DNA of 57,697 nucleotides from Perkinsus olseni (Eukaryota): NCBI GenBank assembly GCA_013115125.1, contig JABANN010000173.1, positions 1 to 57,697 of the forward strand, read 5' to 3'. Shown piece by piece: positions 25,394 to 38,349 of this stretch (position 1 is its first letter; each line of letters starts with the position of its first letter). The notes under the pieces were generated by a model. It saw only the letters and a program-made list of their open reading frames with translations, ran no database searches and was not told where the DNA came from. The position numbers and the translations under genes were made by a program.

Positions 25394-26890
25394 CTAGATG
25401 TGCCCGAATACTACCAAGTCGGCTGTCGTCCCATAAAACGTCCGGTAGGCACTTGCGATGTCCTCGCCATGGACCGATACATGCCGATCAAAGTTCTTCT
25501 CAAAAATGGCGAACCGCGACTTGGTGAACACCTTCCAATCTAAGAACAGAATCGAAGCTGTCGATAAGCCCAGTTCGACGCCATGCAGGGTCACGGAACG
25601 CGGAGAAAGAGCAAGCCACCCAGGATCGCCGCGACAACTCACCACGCGTTGTTCGATCGCAGTCCAATAGCTTGATACTGTCTTTTCCAAAAACTGACTC
25701 TAGTTCAGCACGGTACTCCTCGACCGTGCACAAAGCCGGGCACGCCACTACGTCGCGAAGAGCCTCACGATCTAAAACGGCGACGTGGGAAATATCAGCT
25801 ACTGAAGATAGTACGGCTGCATCAGAGGTAGCAGAATCAGAAGCGTCTGCATCTTCATATGCACCGCGACGTGCATTGCGACCCACCTGCTTCCCGTACT
25901 CCATTCCGATGGAGTAGGACGAGATCTTCAAAATACAAGTCGCAGCTCTGCCGAGGAGGGGCCTACATTCAAGCGAATCAAGGCATCGTAGTTCCTGACG
26001 AGGGGTGCCTACGGGTTGCAGCAGCTCTTTCACTTTGTCGAGGAGTGTCCTCTTGCTGTCCATATGACACTGAAAAAGAGATCTGTAAGAACGCAGGCAA
26101 CTAACAATGCATCTGTGTATATTACAAAACAAAGGAGGCTAACACCGTAGTCGAATGGCCCCCCTAGGGTAGCCTGGGTTGTGTTGAAGATGTCCGCAGC
26201 GATGTATTTCGTTGAACTCCCTTCGCGATAGCCTGAACGCGGAGTCGCGTGGTTATTCTCGGATAGACGACACAGAAATGTAATGCGATCCGTATAATCA
26301 TGCCCGCGAGGAGAACCACCACCAATTGCAATCAAGCCGATCAGGTCGGCGACCGGAGAAATAGTGCTGCGGTGTCGGATAGCTTTTGACTGTGAGACAG
26401 TCGGGTGGGAGCGCCGTTAAGGGCGCGACAAGTGGCCGTACTCCCCTATTACTGGCACATTCCTTTCTGTCAATCTGCTCGGCGAGGTTGGCGAAACTCT
26501 CGGAGATGTCCACACTGATGCCTTTCAAGTATGGCAGGTTACTCGCCATGTGCCTTACAGTACTGCCCAGCCCACCGCCGATATCGAGCACCTATATAAA
26601 GAGAGCTAGATAATCGACACTTTCTAAATAGGACACATCACAAACCGAAACGAGAGAAATTGCCGAATTGGAGATGTGACTAACAAGAGAAACACTCACT
26701 CAGCCAACCCCGACGTTACTTTGATCGGGTGCCCTCGAGATGGCTGCATATGCAATGCTTCAATAGCATCTCGAACTGCCGTGTGGCCCAAATAGTGCTG
26801 GCTAGTTAGGCCCTCCTCATCCGCGCTGCTGATCTGAATACAGACAAGATGCACTGTGGGACCCAGATACAATGCCAGGAAGGTCATTCA
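25394..26890 (-). CDS. Class I SAM-dependent methyltransferase (sarcosine/dimethylglycine or PMT-like); ends approximate
   Basis: QHYLGHTAVRDAIEAL; motif I VLDIGGGLGSTVRHMA; GISVDISESF; later CTVEEYRAELESVFG. Confidence 0.7.
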
Positions 26891-28817
26891 TTATCTTCAG
26901 AGATTTCCCAACGAGTCCCTGCAGCTCTATAACCACTCGACATTATCGAGAAATATGACTCTCCAAAAGTACGGGACACGACATTAGTTTCTTCACGGTC
27001 TCAATCGCATTCTTTGCGATCTTCAATCAAGTTGGTGGTCACGGAATCCGGTTCATAAACACAGACCGTGCTGCACGGTGGCCGAGGTTGGCGAAGCTGG
27101 TACCAGCCTAAACAAGCGGCTCAGCGTATCGTCCCCTTTTATAGCTAACAGACTTCCATGATCTCCTTGAGAGCCGACTCCCTCGTTCTTTTCGTAATCC
27201 ACCACCAATAAAGTTTTTAATCCTCGATGTTCTACACGGTTGGTTGGTATTATACGACTTAGATATAGCATACTCAGGCTTATTCACTACATTCGTTCAA
27301 ACCTCACGAATCCTAATGCATTCCACTCTACAGCTGGACCATGTTGAGCATAGCAGAGCTATTGCAGTCCTTTGGCGAACTTCTGCATACTACATACAAC
27401 TCGCGTACCCGCAGCTATACTTCTCAGATGCGGATCAGATGCGGAAAATCAAGTTCTTCAACCCGGAGCTATCATGCTCGAATCCTTGGTCATGATCAAG
27501 CTACATCCCCTTTTGCGCAAATAAAAGCTGCGCTGGGTCGGGACGCTGCTGTGTCAGCGGTTACCTTCGGGGTTGAGATAGGTTACCAGGGCGGCTCTGG
27601 TACTTAACTCAAACTCTCGACCATCGAACCCTGCCCTCAGCTTAAGCTCAACGTCTTCAAGGATCGCAGTAGTGAAAACCTGTTGCATCCTGTAAGTTAT
27701 AGAGCTCACTGTTACAGGTCTCGACCTCACCCGAGAGCGCCAGAGATGTGAGAGCGATTATGGTAGACAACCCATAGCTATTAATAATCTACTGGACGCT
27801 AAGGCCTCTGACAGACCTGCCCAGATCGCTGGCCGCTCATTGAGCGCCGCTCAATCTGTCAGGCGGCACGGAGGTACTTTTTCCACTCAGCGATACAAGG
27901 CAGCTATGCAACGATGTGGCTGACAGCCACTGGCTGCAGTTTGCAGCGAGCAGATGCACAGCTCGGCCCGAATCTGCCGGTCGCCGGAAGAGGGGCGGGA
28001 GTTCGGCAGCCCGGGACCGGCTATCGACAAACATTAACATGGCAAACCAGTAATATGCTTCAAAGAACGCGCGACTACAGGTTCATAAAGCTACAGATGT
28101 CTGCAGATGTATTCGAACGCAAATGAGAAGATACATCCAATACGCAAGACTTGCTTTGCAACTTGCAAAGCAAGTTAAACTAAAGGTGGGACAAGAGCGA
28201 GCTAGGAATGCTCACAAACATGACACACTAAAAACCCACAAGCATTCACTAACTCCAACTCGGAAACGAACCGTTACTACTTCATCGGGTTTCGCTAGCT
28301 CGAGTAGCTTCACCTCCTCCTCGGCCCATCGAGTTCGGTACCAATACCTACAGGGCATCATCAGGCAATTGGAAAACCTTTTATAAGGAGGCTACATGTT
28401 GTGTAGCAGAGCCTTCCGCCGCTCCCCATCTGACTCCATCGCTTGACCTCTACTGGTGGTAGCTGTTTCGACGGGGCCGATTGCCATGGCGGACTCTCGA
28501 GTTCCTGCAGCACCGAGTCGTGTTGTAAGTATTGCGTACGATTTCTTCGAACCATGGTGATCCAAATTCGACCGATTCCCCCGTCACATGAGAACTTGAA
28601 CACAAGAGCTTCCCTGAGACCCAAACTGTGTCAGCAGCAGTACTATATAGCGGCTCGCAAAACCACGCGTTCACTGGTGTTAAAGGCGACAGCACAAACA
28701 ACAGCCAACCCACTGGCACTAGCTGCAACCACCACCAGCAATTTTGCAAAAAAAATGAAAAGCTTCCACTCAAACCACGATCTCGTGATCGACCGAACTT
28801 GATAAGGAGGGAATGCC

Positions 28818-29225
<408 letters not shown>

Positions 29226-29404
29226 TTACTTTTCGTGGGACTCCACGAGTAAACTAGAGAACAGGAATCGTAAATGGCGATGATTCGCACTGTCACTGCC
29301 TACGCTATGAAAGTCAATTTTACGCCGTGCGACCATTAGTTGGAGATCAACAGAAACCGGATGCCATTGTAGCCATCTCTTCGTTCTCCCTTGTCAGTTA
29401 CCAC

Positions 29405-32400
29405 TTAAAACTCGCAGCGACCGGGGTACCTGCAAAGCCCCCGATCAAATCGAAGCAGAGCTTCTCAGTCGTCTTACCTGGGGTACGGGATGACATCCCT
29501 GATGTTCTCAACACCGGTCATCATCATGATAAGACGCTCAAAGCCGATACCGAAGCCAGCATGAGGGACGCTTCCGAAGCGCCTAACGAAAAAGCCGTTG
29601 GTCATCAGCCAAAAGGCTAGCACACAATGCATGGAGGACACCCGTACGCACCTGAGATCGCGGTACCACCAGTAGTCCTCGATGTCCATGTTGAGGTCTG
29701 CGAGCTTCTTATCCAACACGTCAAGGCGCTCCTCACGGACAGAGCCTCCGCACACCTATCAAACCACGTGAGTCCGAGTAAAAGAACTGTGCCTGCCTCA
29801 CCTCGCCAACAAGAGGAGCAAGGATATCCATGGCAGCCACGGTCTGCTTGTCCGGATCCTCATCAGCGTTGGCCCGCATGTAGAAGGCCTTGATGGCAGC
29901 GGGGTAGTTGTACACAATGACTGGCTTCTTGTAGATCTTCTCTGTGAGATACCTGAATCACCCGTCTTTCACGGCTCTAAGCATGGACCCTCATCGACGC
30001 ACCTCTCGTGCTCAGAATCTAGATCGAAGCCCCAGTAGATGTTGGTGTTCTCGAACTTGGCCTGAACGAGATGACATTTCACTCGGTTAGCGATAATCTT
30101 AGCGAGCTCACCTTGCCGCTCTTCTGAGCCTTGAGGAGCTTCTCGATGGCCTCAGTGTAGCTGACTCTGGCGAAGGGCTCGGCGATCAAGTTCTCGAGAC
30201 GCTTGATGAGGCCTTTCTCGATGAACTTATCGAAGAAGGCGATGTCCTCTCGGCAGTGAGCTGATCGAAGGGGAAGACAATGCAATAGAGTTGAAAACGA
30301 CAAGATGGCTTCACGAGATGACGCACTATGGACCCTGTGAAGTAGCTCAGCGCGCAGGTGACCTTTTGTACAGGCTTCTGTACGACTCGTGGATTCCAAA
30401 AGGCAAATTGGTCAGTTCCCTCCATTACCTAGGACATGGCGGGCGCAATGCTGGATGAACTCCTCCGCACACTTCATGTTGTCATGAATATCAGCGAAGC
30501 AGAGCTCAGGCTCGATCATCCAGAACTCAGCCAAATGACGCGAGGTATGCGAGTTCTCGGCACGGAAGCAAGGGCCGAATGTGTACACATCAGACAAGGC
30601 GCAAGCGTAGTTCTCAACGTTCAACTGGCCAGAGACAGTAAGGTAAGTGGGACGACCAAAGAAGTCTTGCTTGTAGCTGAGAAAAGGTAGAATGAAACTC
30701 CAGAATAATATAAAACATGCGCCGCTCACTCGAAACGACCGGTCTCGGGGTCGAGCTTAACATCCTGATGAGCACCCTCGCCCTTCTGTAGCAACGAAGT
30801 GACCTGAGCGAATTCAACTAATCAGCTTCTTTCACATCTCCCGTGACCCACCTGGAACATCTCTCCTGCGCCCTCGCAATCAGCGCTGGTGATAAGGGGA
30901 GTATGAACGTACTTGAAGTCGCGGCTCATGAAGAAGGAATGAACGGCACCGCTCAAGGATGATCTGCAACGGCGCGATGCTCCACACTACGAGCTCCCAC
31001 CCGGGGATCTTTCCTACCGCACACGTGCGACAGCACCGATGAGGTTAGTTCTGGGTCGAAGATGTGCAATCTCGCGGAGGAACTCCCTGCTGTGCTGCTT
31101 CTTAGCAAGAGGATAGGCTGCGGATTCCACACCGCCGATAACCTGACAACAAGAGTTTAGTAAATTCAGAAATGACTCGTCTCAACCGAAGCGGCATACG
31201 AGGGAGCATCCTCGGCCCACTGGGTTACCTTGATCTTGCCGCTCTCACGGACGCTGACCTCTACGGCCTGTCCCTTGGCAGGGCTGGCCACCAGAGTGCC
31301 GATAGCCTGTACAGAGGCACCGGTGGCGATCTGTCCAATAGCACCTAAGCAAAGTTATGTCGGAAGATACCGGAGCGACGCAAGAGTAGAGACGGCCTAC
31401 CCTCGAAATCCGGGCAACTGCTGTCCAAGACAAGCTGCAATCCCTGCAAGCAAGAGCCATCAGAGATCTCCACGAAGGCAAAGCCACTTCCTTGGCTTCG
31501 CTTGGTTCTGACCCAGCCGCAAACGCTGACCTGACCGACAGCGACAGGTAAGTGAAGGCAGCGTTTGTCGTGTTACTATTACACTCTTGCCAATGAGGCC
31601 AGCACCACCATCAGACCTCAGAAGGATGTCCTTCACACGAGTACGACCTGACCCACCAGAATCCTCGCCCACAGCGTCAAGCCAGAGACGTTTGCTTACC
31701 TCCAACACAGCTGGAATAAGGATGGACCGGAGGCTCGCTTCCCTCAGGAACGGGGCTCACAGTGTTGGTAGGGACGTCCTCGGGAGCCGGCATCGAGAGC
31801 TAAGACGACAAGATAATTACCCACCAACCGCAACAGCTGCCTACCTCCTTATGACTGACCTTCGCGTTCTGTCGGTCAGCGGCACGCTTCTTCGACTGCT
31901 GCTGCTTCTGCTCCGGCTTCTTGGCCTCTTCCTTCGGCGCCTAAGCGTTACAATAGAACTGATATCAGGGGAATAATATCTATGACGTGCCTCTCCTTCA
32001 AAGGCCGCCAAGCAAACGACTCACAGCGGCCCAAATGTTCACAGACACACGCCAACAACCGAAATTCGAAACCCTAGTGGAACTAGTGCATCTCGTCGAG
32101 CTCCAGGGGAAGCACAATACAATTCCATGTTCACTCTGTGACGAACGACGGAATAATCCTCTCACCTCAGAATCCGTGGACTCAACCTCTCCCTTGCCGG
32201 GCACGAAAGGGGTGACCTCCGGAACAGGGAACTTAGAGGCGTAGCGAGAAAGCACATCAGCCACGGCGGGGTTGGCGAGGCACGTCCGGATGTACCGGAG
32301 GACGTTGGGGTAATCCTTCCTGAAAGACTCACAGTTCAACAACGTGATGAGCTAGACGCGCTCGAAGCGAAACCGAATTGAAGTCATGCGGTAGAGTTTC

Positions 32401-32963
32401 ACAATTCTTCTGAGAGATGGTGACGCTGGTGATGGGCAACGGATCACCAGTCCACAAGACCCAGCACTTACAGGTCGGCCTCAGAAGTCAAGCCAGCCAC
32501 CAACGAGGTGACCACAGAAGCATCAGCAATACTGAGGTAGTCTCCCGAGAGGAAGGTGTGGGTCTTCAAATGCTCCTCTAGCATAGCAAGACCGCTCTCA
32601 ACAGGACTCAGCTCGAGCTCGGCAAAGTCCAGCCACGAGTCTATCGACGCGGCCTGGCCGAGGGACTTCTGGTCGGGGACGCTGTTGTCCGCATGTAATC
32701 GGCTAATGTAGCGCAAAACAGGACCAGTGTACCGGGCAGTGGGCGCGGTAGCAGTGCTGGGGTTGAAGAGTTCCAAAACCTGAGAATTAAAACGTCCCCT
32801 GCATAGCCATACCACTCCTCCGTCGCATCGTACGAGCTATACCCACCTTGGCACTCCCCGAGTTCTCGCAGGTAAGAGGCGTGTTAGCAAGCTTGGCTGC
32901 GATCTGAACCTTGAGAGTGGGGACCTCTAGGGTCTTCGACGTGATCAGACGAAGACTGGTCAT
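29405..32963 (-). CDS. NARS: Asparaginyl-tRNA synthetase with N-terminal GST-like domain
   Basis: OB-fold [74 protein letters not shown]. Upstream exons [37 protein letters not shown] and YPNVLRY form a GST-C fold. Confidence 0.93.
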
Positions 32964-33093
32964 GTGAATAGGAGACGAAGTGAAGGGAAATAAAAGCTTG
33001 AAATTGATTCTAGCGGAGCGAAACAGAGCCCAAGGCATAACAGAGGCTACTGAGAAACAACAATAAAAGCATCTTTGGTACAACGAATTCTCT

Positions 33094-34283
33094 CTACTCC
33101 GAACTAGCAGGAGTATCTTCCGATCTGGGCGACGTGAGGTCCCACTCGTCCGCCAAGGACCGGCGAACCTGCGCATAAAGCTGTAACCTGATTGACCATA
33201 CCCACGACAAGGTTTATTACCCGCACTGGAGTCCAATGACGATCGCTCGGTCCAGTACTACGCAGCGTGATGACCTCCGGTCGTAAACGAAGGAGGACAT
33301 AATCAGAGCGATCTTCTGCCATGTGCTCAGCCCACCGCTGTCTCCAATAGAAACGCTTCAGGTCCTCATCATCGATCTCAGTGGCTGTCCCTTGGACAGT
33401 GACAAGTCTACCAGCGGAGGTATCCATGTAGACGAGTGTCATGTTTCGGCTGCCAGAGAGGTCTTCAGACGTCAGGCACGTTGATGATACAGCAAAGTGG
33501 ACCATATTGAACGGCACCCGGTCACCAGTGTATCTGAGTGGTATGCGACGAACAAGGCTTCCTTCAACGCACTGCTTTCTACACCTACTCTGCCATCAGC
33601 GAATCAGTAACCTGATTCTTTGGGACCCCCTTGACGATAGGCTCCGATGGCAATTTCAACGCTCTCTCCTCCGGGACATGTGGTGACACATTCACAACCT
33701 ACAAACGGAATCGACACTCCCACGTTTACCTACAACACTACCTCCCCATCAGGGATAATAAGCAACGCCTGTGATGCTCTCTTGGTCAAGTCCCGGGCTG
33801 CCTGGAGGGCCTGAAGATCACCAAAAATCCACGAATGACTTAGCAGAATTGGCAGCCCCACCTGTTGACTATCCAGACGCGCCAGCTTAGCATTGTCAGC
33901 CAGCTCCTTATACTTGTTCTCGACTGAGTTACGGAAGTAGTACCTACGCTTGGGAACTTCACGTGGCTTCAGCGTCCCCCTGCCTACTACACCGCATAGC
34001 CGATCGGTAGCGCGTTGAATGCTATGAAGGCAGCGAAGGGCTTCCACCCGCGAAATCCTGTCTTCTCCTCCTGCGGCTCGGGCTGAAAACACAACGCGTC
34101 GAAATTTTCGGTCCCGGATCTAGCCAGAATACTCTCCTCTATTACCCGTTTCTTAGGATAGAAGCCCGCAACCTCACTAGGCTTGGGTGTCTTCAGAGCG
34201 GCGACAGTGGCGGCCGCTGTGCTCTGGCTACTGGCGACTCCCGAAAGGGCGCTTGCAGCTAAGCGGCGCAAGCTGGGCTGCAT
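33094..34283 (-). CDS. PNPOx-like split-barrel (FMN-binding) protein with putative mitochondrial presequence and one TM
   Basis: MQPSLRRLAASALS; TM FAAFIAFNALPIGYAV; MTLVYMD..GRLVTVQGTATEIDDEDLKRFYW...DYVLLRLRPE. Confidence 0.65.
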
Positions 34284-34547
34284 GTGTAACCAAAGTCAGA
34301 ATCACTTCGAGAAACACAGCACACTGCTTGGATCCGACTAGATACCCCCTGTGCTGAGGATATTTTCGCTAGTAAACCGAGATGACCACGCTTGCAGCAC
34401 ATAGAAGCAACGCAGAGCAAACTCTGTTCCTCTGAAAAGATATCGATTATATGGGCGCGCGCGATAAGACTTGACTGGGGTGCGTAAGTATCTCTGCTCT
34501 GCTCGTTCAGCGCATCACAAGCAGTTCTAGTAGTTTTCAACTTGATT

Positions 34548-36468
34548 ATGCATTCATCTTTGATGCGTCTAGGCGCGCTCGTCTCAGCTGGGCTGTTCCT
34601 GGCAGCCGATGCCCGAGTCGAGGTCGACCCTAGCAAACATGATGTTGTTAAGGTAGGGACGACGGGACGGACGCGTATCTTCGGTTGAACGGTTTACTCG
34701 ACGCAGAGGCTCCGCTGAGTCACCGCACTCAACCGGAGCGTAACGTGAAGCGCTTTGTCGTTGTCAGCTAAACCCTCAATCGTTCGGCTCTGTTATCGAG
34801 CGCCATAGAGACTGGCAGATCAGTGCCGTGTATTTTTACGACGACAACACTCCTGTTAAGGACTTTAACAAGGTCAATGAGGTTGCTCAACAAACCAAGC
34901 GTAAGGAGTCTTGTTGTGCGTTGATCTCTCGCAGGCCGCTGTTCGTAGGCATGGTGAAGATCGGCGCTGTGGACTGTGACGAGAACCGCGCCTTATGCGA
35001 TCAGAACAACATCAAGGAGTGCCCGAAGGTAGTGAATCGTATCTCTGGGCTTGCTCGCTATATCGCGCAGCGGCTCCGGCATGCTTGTCACTGTTGATGT
35101 CTCTCAGCTGGTCATTTACCCCCGCAACCCCATCCCGCAGTTCATCTACGAGGGCAAGATGGATGTCCACGACATGAAGAAGGCCGTCTTAAGATACTTG
35201 CCCACAGAACTGGTCAAAAAGTTGGATACTGCCAGTACGTGCTGATTGACCTTCGCTGGACTGATTGGGAGGTCCTGGCCTTCGCTCGATGGTTTGCTAA
35301 CGTTTTCAGACGTCGATAGCTTCCTCACCACTGATGCTTCCATGCCGAAGGTCTTGCTCTTCACTGAGAAGGACACTCCTCCACCGATGTTCAAGGCCCT
35401 CAGTAAGTCACTTCGTGTGTGTCGATCGGGTAGTAGGAGGCAATGGTCAGGTAACGAATTCCGCAAGGAGATGCAGTTCGGCTTGGTGAACGTCAAGAAG
35501 CAGGGTGATCTCGCCAAGCGTTTTGGCGTTAAAAAGGCCCCTAAGATTCTTCTGCAGCAGGCCGTTGGGAAGAAGCCCGAAGCGTAAGGCGGCCTCCCGC
35601 GACTACCTATTTTGCGATTACCATTGGCGTGTCTACGCAGATACAAGGGCGAGATATCTTACATCCCTATCGCTGACTGGGTCAACCTCCACAGAGAAAC
35701 GTTCTCGAGAGGAGGTACTCGTGTGTTGAGATGTACTGGAGACGATGTTGATGGCTGGTTTCAGGCGGATTTGAGGAGAGCGCGAAGACTGGCTCCTACA
35801 GCGAGGGTGAAGCTCCCTCTAGACCCTGGTTGGTACAGGAAATTCCCGAAGTCACCAAGAGGAGCGCTAAGCATGTCTGCTTCGATGGTGGCGAGGTAGT
35901 TCTTCCGCCGCTGGTCGCTCGAACGGATTACTGTGGGAAGGGGAATTGGCTTATCTTTGATTCAGGGCCACTGCGTGATCTTCTTGAAGGAGGGCCAGCT
36001 CTCCAAGGAGGAAGAGGACGGACTTGTTGAGTTGAAGAACCGATTCACTTCCCAGTTGGAAAATCGGTAGAAATAGATTTCTGGTCTCACGGGCAATCGG
36101 GTATCTCTTCCACGATCTCAGGGGAGCGAAGCTTCGTTGGGTTTGGCTTGATGTGTCGAACGAGCCAGCATGGGCGGAGATGTTCGGCATCACCAAGTTC
36201 CCCAATGTTGTCGTTTTCAACCCTCACAAGCGTCTTCGTTTCTGCAAGTTCGATGACGACGACGAAGAGTAAGTGTGTTTTGGGGTCATCTGCTGGTATT
36301 CTTGCTCACCTCAGGCATAAGGGAGACAAGGATGGTGTCGAGTACCTGGTAGAGAAGGTGCTCGGTGGTGATGGCCGGTTCAAGATCGTCAAGGGTCAGA
36401 AACTGCCGGAGCTCTCGGATAGGGAAGAGGATGGAAAGAAGCCTCAATCCGAGAGGGACGAGTTGTAA
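34548..36468 (+). CDS. ER-lumen multi-thioredoxin-fold (PDI-like, no CxxC seen) protein
   Basis: Signal peptide MRLGALVSAGLFLAADA; VKIGAVDCDENRALC; PKVLLFTEKDTPPPMFKALS; C-terminal RDEL. Confidence 0.85.
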
Positions 36469-36660
36469 ATGCCGCGCACGGCGTATCCAGTTTTACCTGT
36501 GGGCAGGGGATCTGCGCGTCACTTTTTTAGATGTTTCCCGCAGGCGCTATGGTAACCCTTGTTGAGTTGTCAGTTGCAGTAGCTGTTGGGTGATAGCATT
36601 CCTGGGACTTGCCGATGGTGGTATGAGCCATCATTGTTGTGCTGTTGTAGTTGGGTTGGA

Positions 36661-37985
36661 ATGGTGAATGTCCAAGGGTTTTCGTCGATTCGGAACGTGG
36701 AGGTTGCCTTGAAGAGCAACAAGAGACTGGAAGATCATTTGAGGCAAATAGGCTGCCCGTGCACTACAGTGAATCAAGGGGCGATTGGATGACAGGGAAA
36801 AGGTCTGAGGGGCAGGTACCCCTGGAAGAGGGACTAGAGAATCTGGGAGTCTCTGCCATGGCCGTGATCCACACCAACCAAGCTTATCGAACGCACCTTG
36901 AGCAAGTAGGGTGCTTCTTTCACCAAGTGCCACACTCCGGCCCCCCCCAGTATCGTTCAACTGCTCTATCCCGAAAGGCAATTAGATACGGGACATGCGA
37001 GCAGACGAAAGCGTACCGGCGCTCGTGATCGTATGCCTCGACGATGATGCAGTAGTGGCCTCCTTCAGCCGATCAGACGTTGGTCAAATTGACCGCCGTA
37101 TACCTGAGGCGAAGACGAGACTTGTCCTTTCAGCCTCGAAATCTAAGGGTAATTTTGCTTCTCATGAACGGCAGTGGTGCCAAAGCAATCTCAGGACCGG
37201 ACGCCTTGCGAGCAGAGCTAGTAGTGCGAGGAATAGATTGGCAAGATGACTGTGCTGACTTGTCAGCCACAGCGATAGAGGCTATCATAGCGGTAGAAAA
37301 TGCACGGCGGAAGAAGTGGGTCTCCGGGCTCTGTACGAGGTTACGCTCATCGATCCCACGTGACAGGCCCCCGAGCCAACTCAAGTCTCGGCTGCAAGCC
37401 CCTGTAAGTAGCTCCGTTGATGTATCGAAAGCAGCGGCCTCAGGGGACATCGTGTGGATTGTGAGCAAGATACCGACACACCGCCATGGCAAATGAAGTG
37501 ATGAATTTCAGGCTATGCTGCAGCAGATACCGGGAGTGGGTGCCGACATGGCAGCGGCGATAGCAAACAGGTCGTGCCCCGTCTATATGGCGTCCACGGA
37601 CCCCGAGTAACGGAGGTCTATTTGTATGCTAAGATACCCCACTCTGCCGAACTTGCTCCGAGCCTTAGATGATTCATCAACCCAGGTCGAAAATACTATT
37701 GCAACACTTGAACTCAAGGTGAAGTTATGGGGATCGAGTTATGTGTTGTTCATTAATGCTGAGGTATCCCTATACCCGCAGTGGTTTTACGTGGTCTCGT
37801 GGCCTAATGGATAAGGCGTTGGTCTTCGGAACCAAAGATTGTGGGTTCGAGTCCCACCGAGATCGTTTCTCTGCTTTTAATTTCAGGTTCGGTCCAAGCA
37901 AGGTACCCGAAAAATTGGGCCCGCCGTTGCGTCCCGAATCAGTCGCGTGTTCACCGCTACCTCACAGGACACGTTAGTCAATTAG
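36661..37985 (+). CDS. EME1: EME1/Mms4-like non-catalytic ERCC4/HhH2 subunit
   Basis: VWI|AMLQQIPGVGADMAAAIANR|YPTLPNLLRAL...IATLELK|VRSKQGTRKIGPAVASRISRVFT matches the EME1 (HhH)2 C-terminus; no ERKxxxD motif seen. Confidence 0.75.
37793..37865 (+). tRNA. tRNA-Arg(TCG), intronic
   Basis: GGTCTCGTGGCCTAATGGATAAGGCGTTGGTCTTCGGAACCAAAGATTGTGGGTTCGAGTCCCACCGAGATCG; 73-nt cloverleaf with A/B boxes and T-runs downstream. Confidence 0.95.
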
Positions 37986-38349
37986 CTCCGTGTCTCGTTT
38001 TCTTGTGCGTTGTGTTGGAGGTCAGGCAATTGTACGCGCATAGTCATCAAAATCATCACTTCAAGTGAGTAACCTATGCGTCATAAATTATTTGTGTTCA
38101 TGCTACCAAAAAGGGCAAGATAGCAAGTTCAACTCTGCTTTGACCGCTCCTGAATGTCAACAGGCTCCATAAACATTACCGTTGCATATCACCAGCATAC
38201 TCTACATATTCTGCAAATTAGAATGGCCAGTCTACCCTTCACACTCTATAGAGACATTGAACAACCCAAGAATATAATCGCCCCGCCGTACTCAATCGTG
38301 ATGGATTCGTGTCGATATTTTTTGTAGTAGTTTTTCTGCGTCGCTCGAG

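Noticed and set aside
29366-29380. GTAGCCATCT resembling the perkinsid/dinoflagellate spliced leader
   Set aside because: Only ~10 nt match, lacks TGGCTCAAG, and is antisense to the neighbouring genes.
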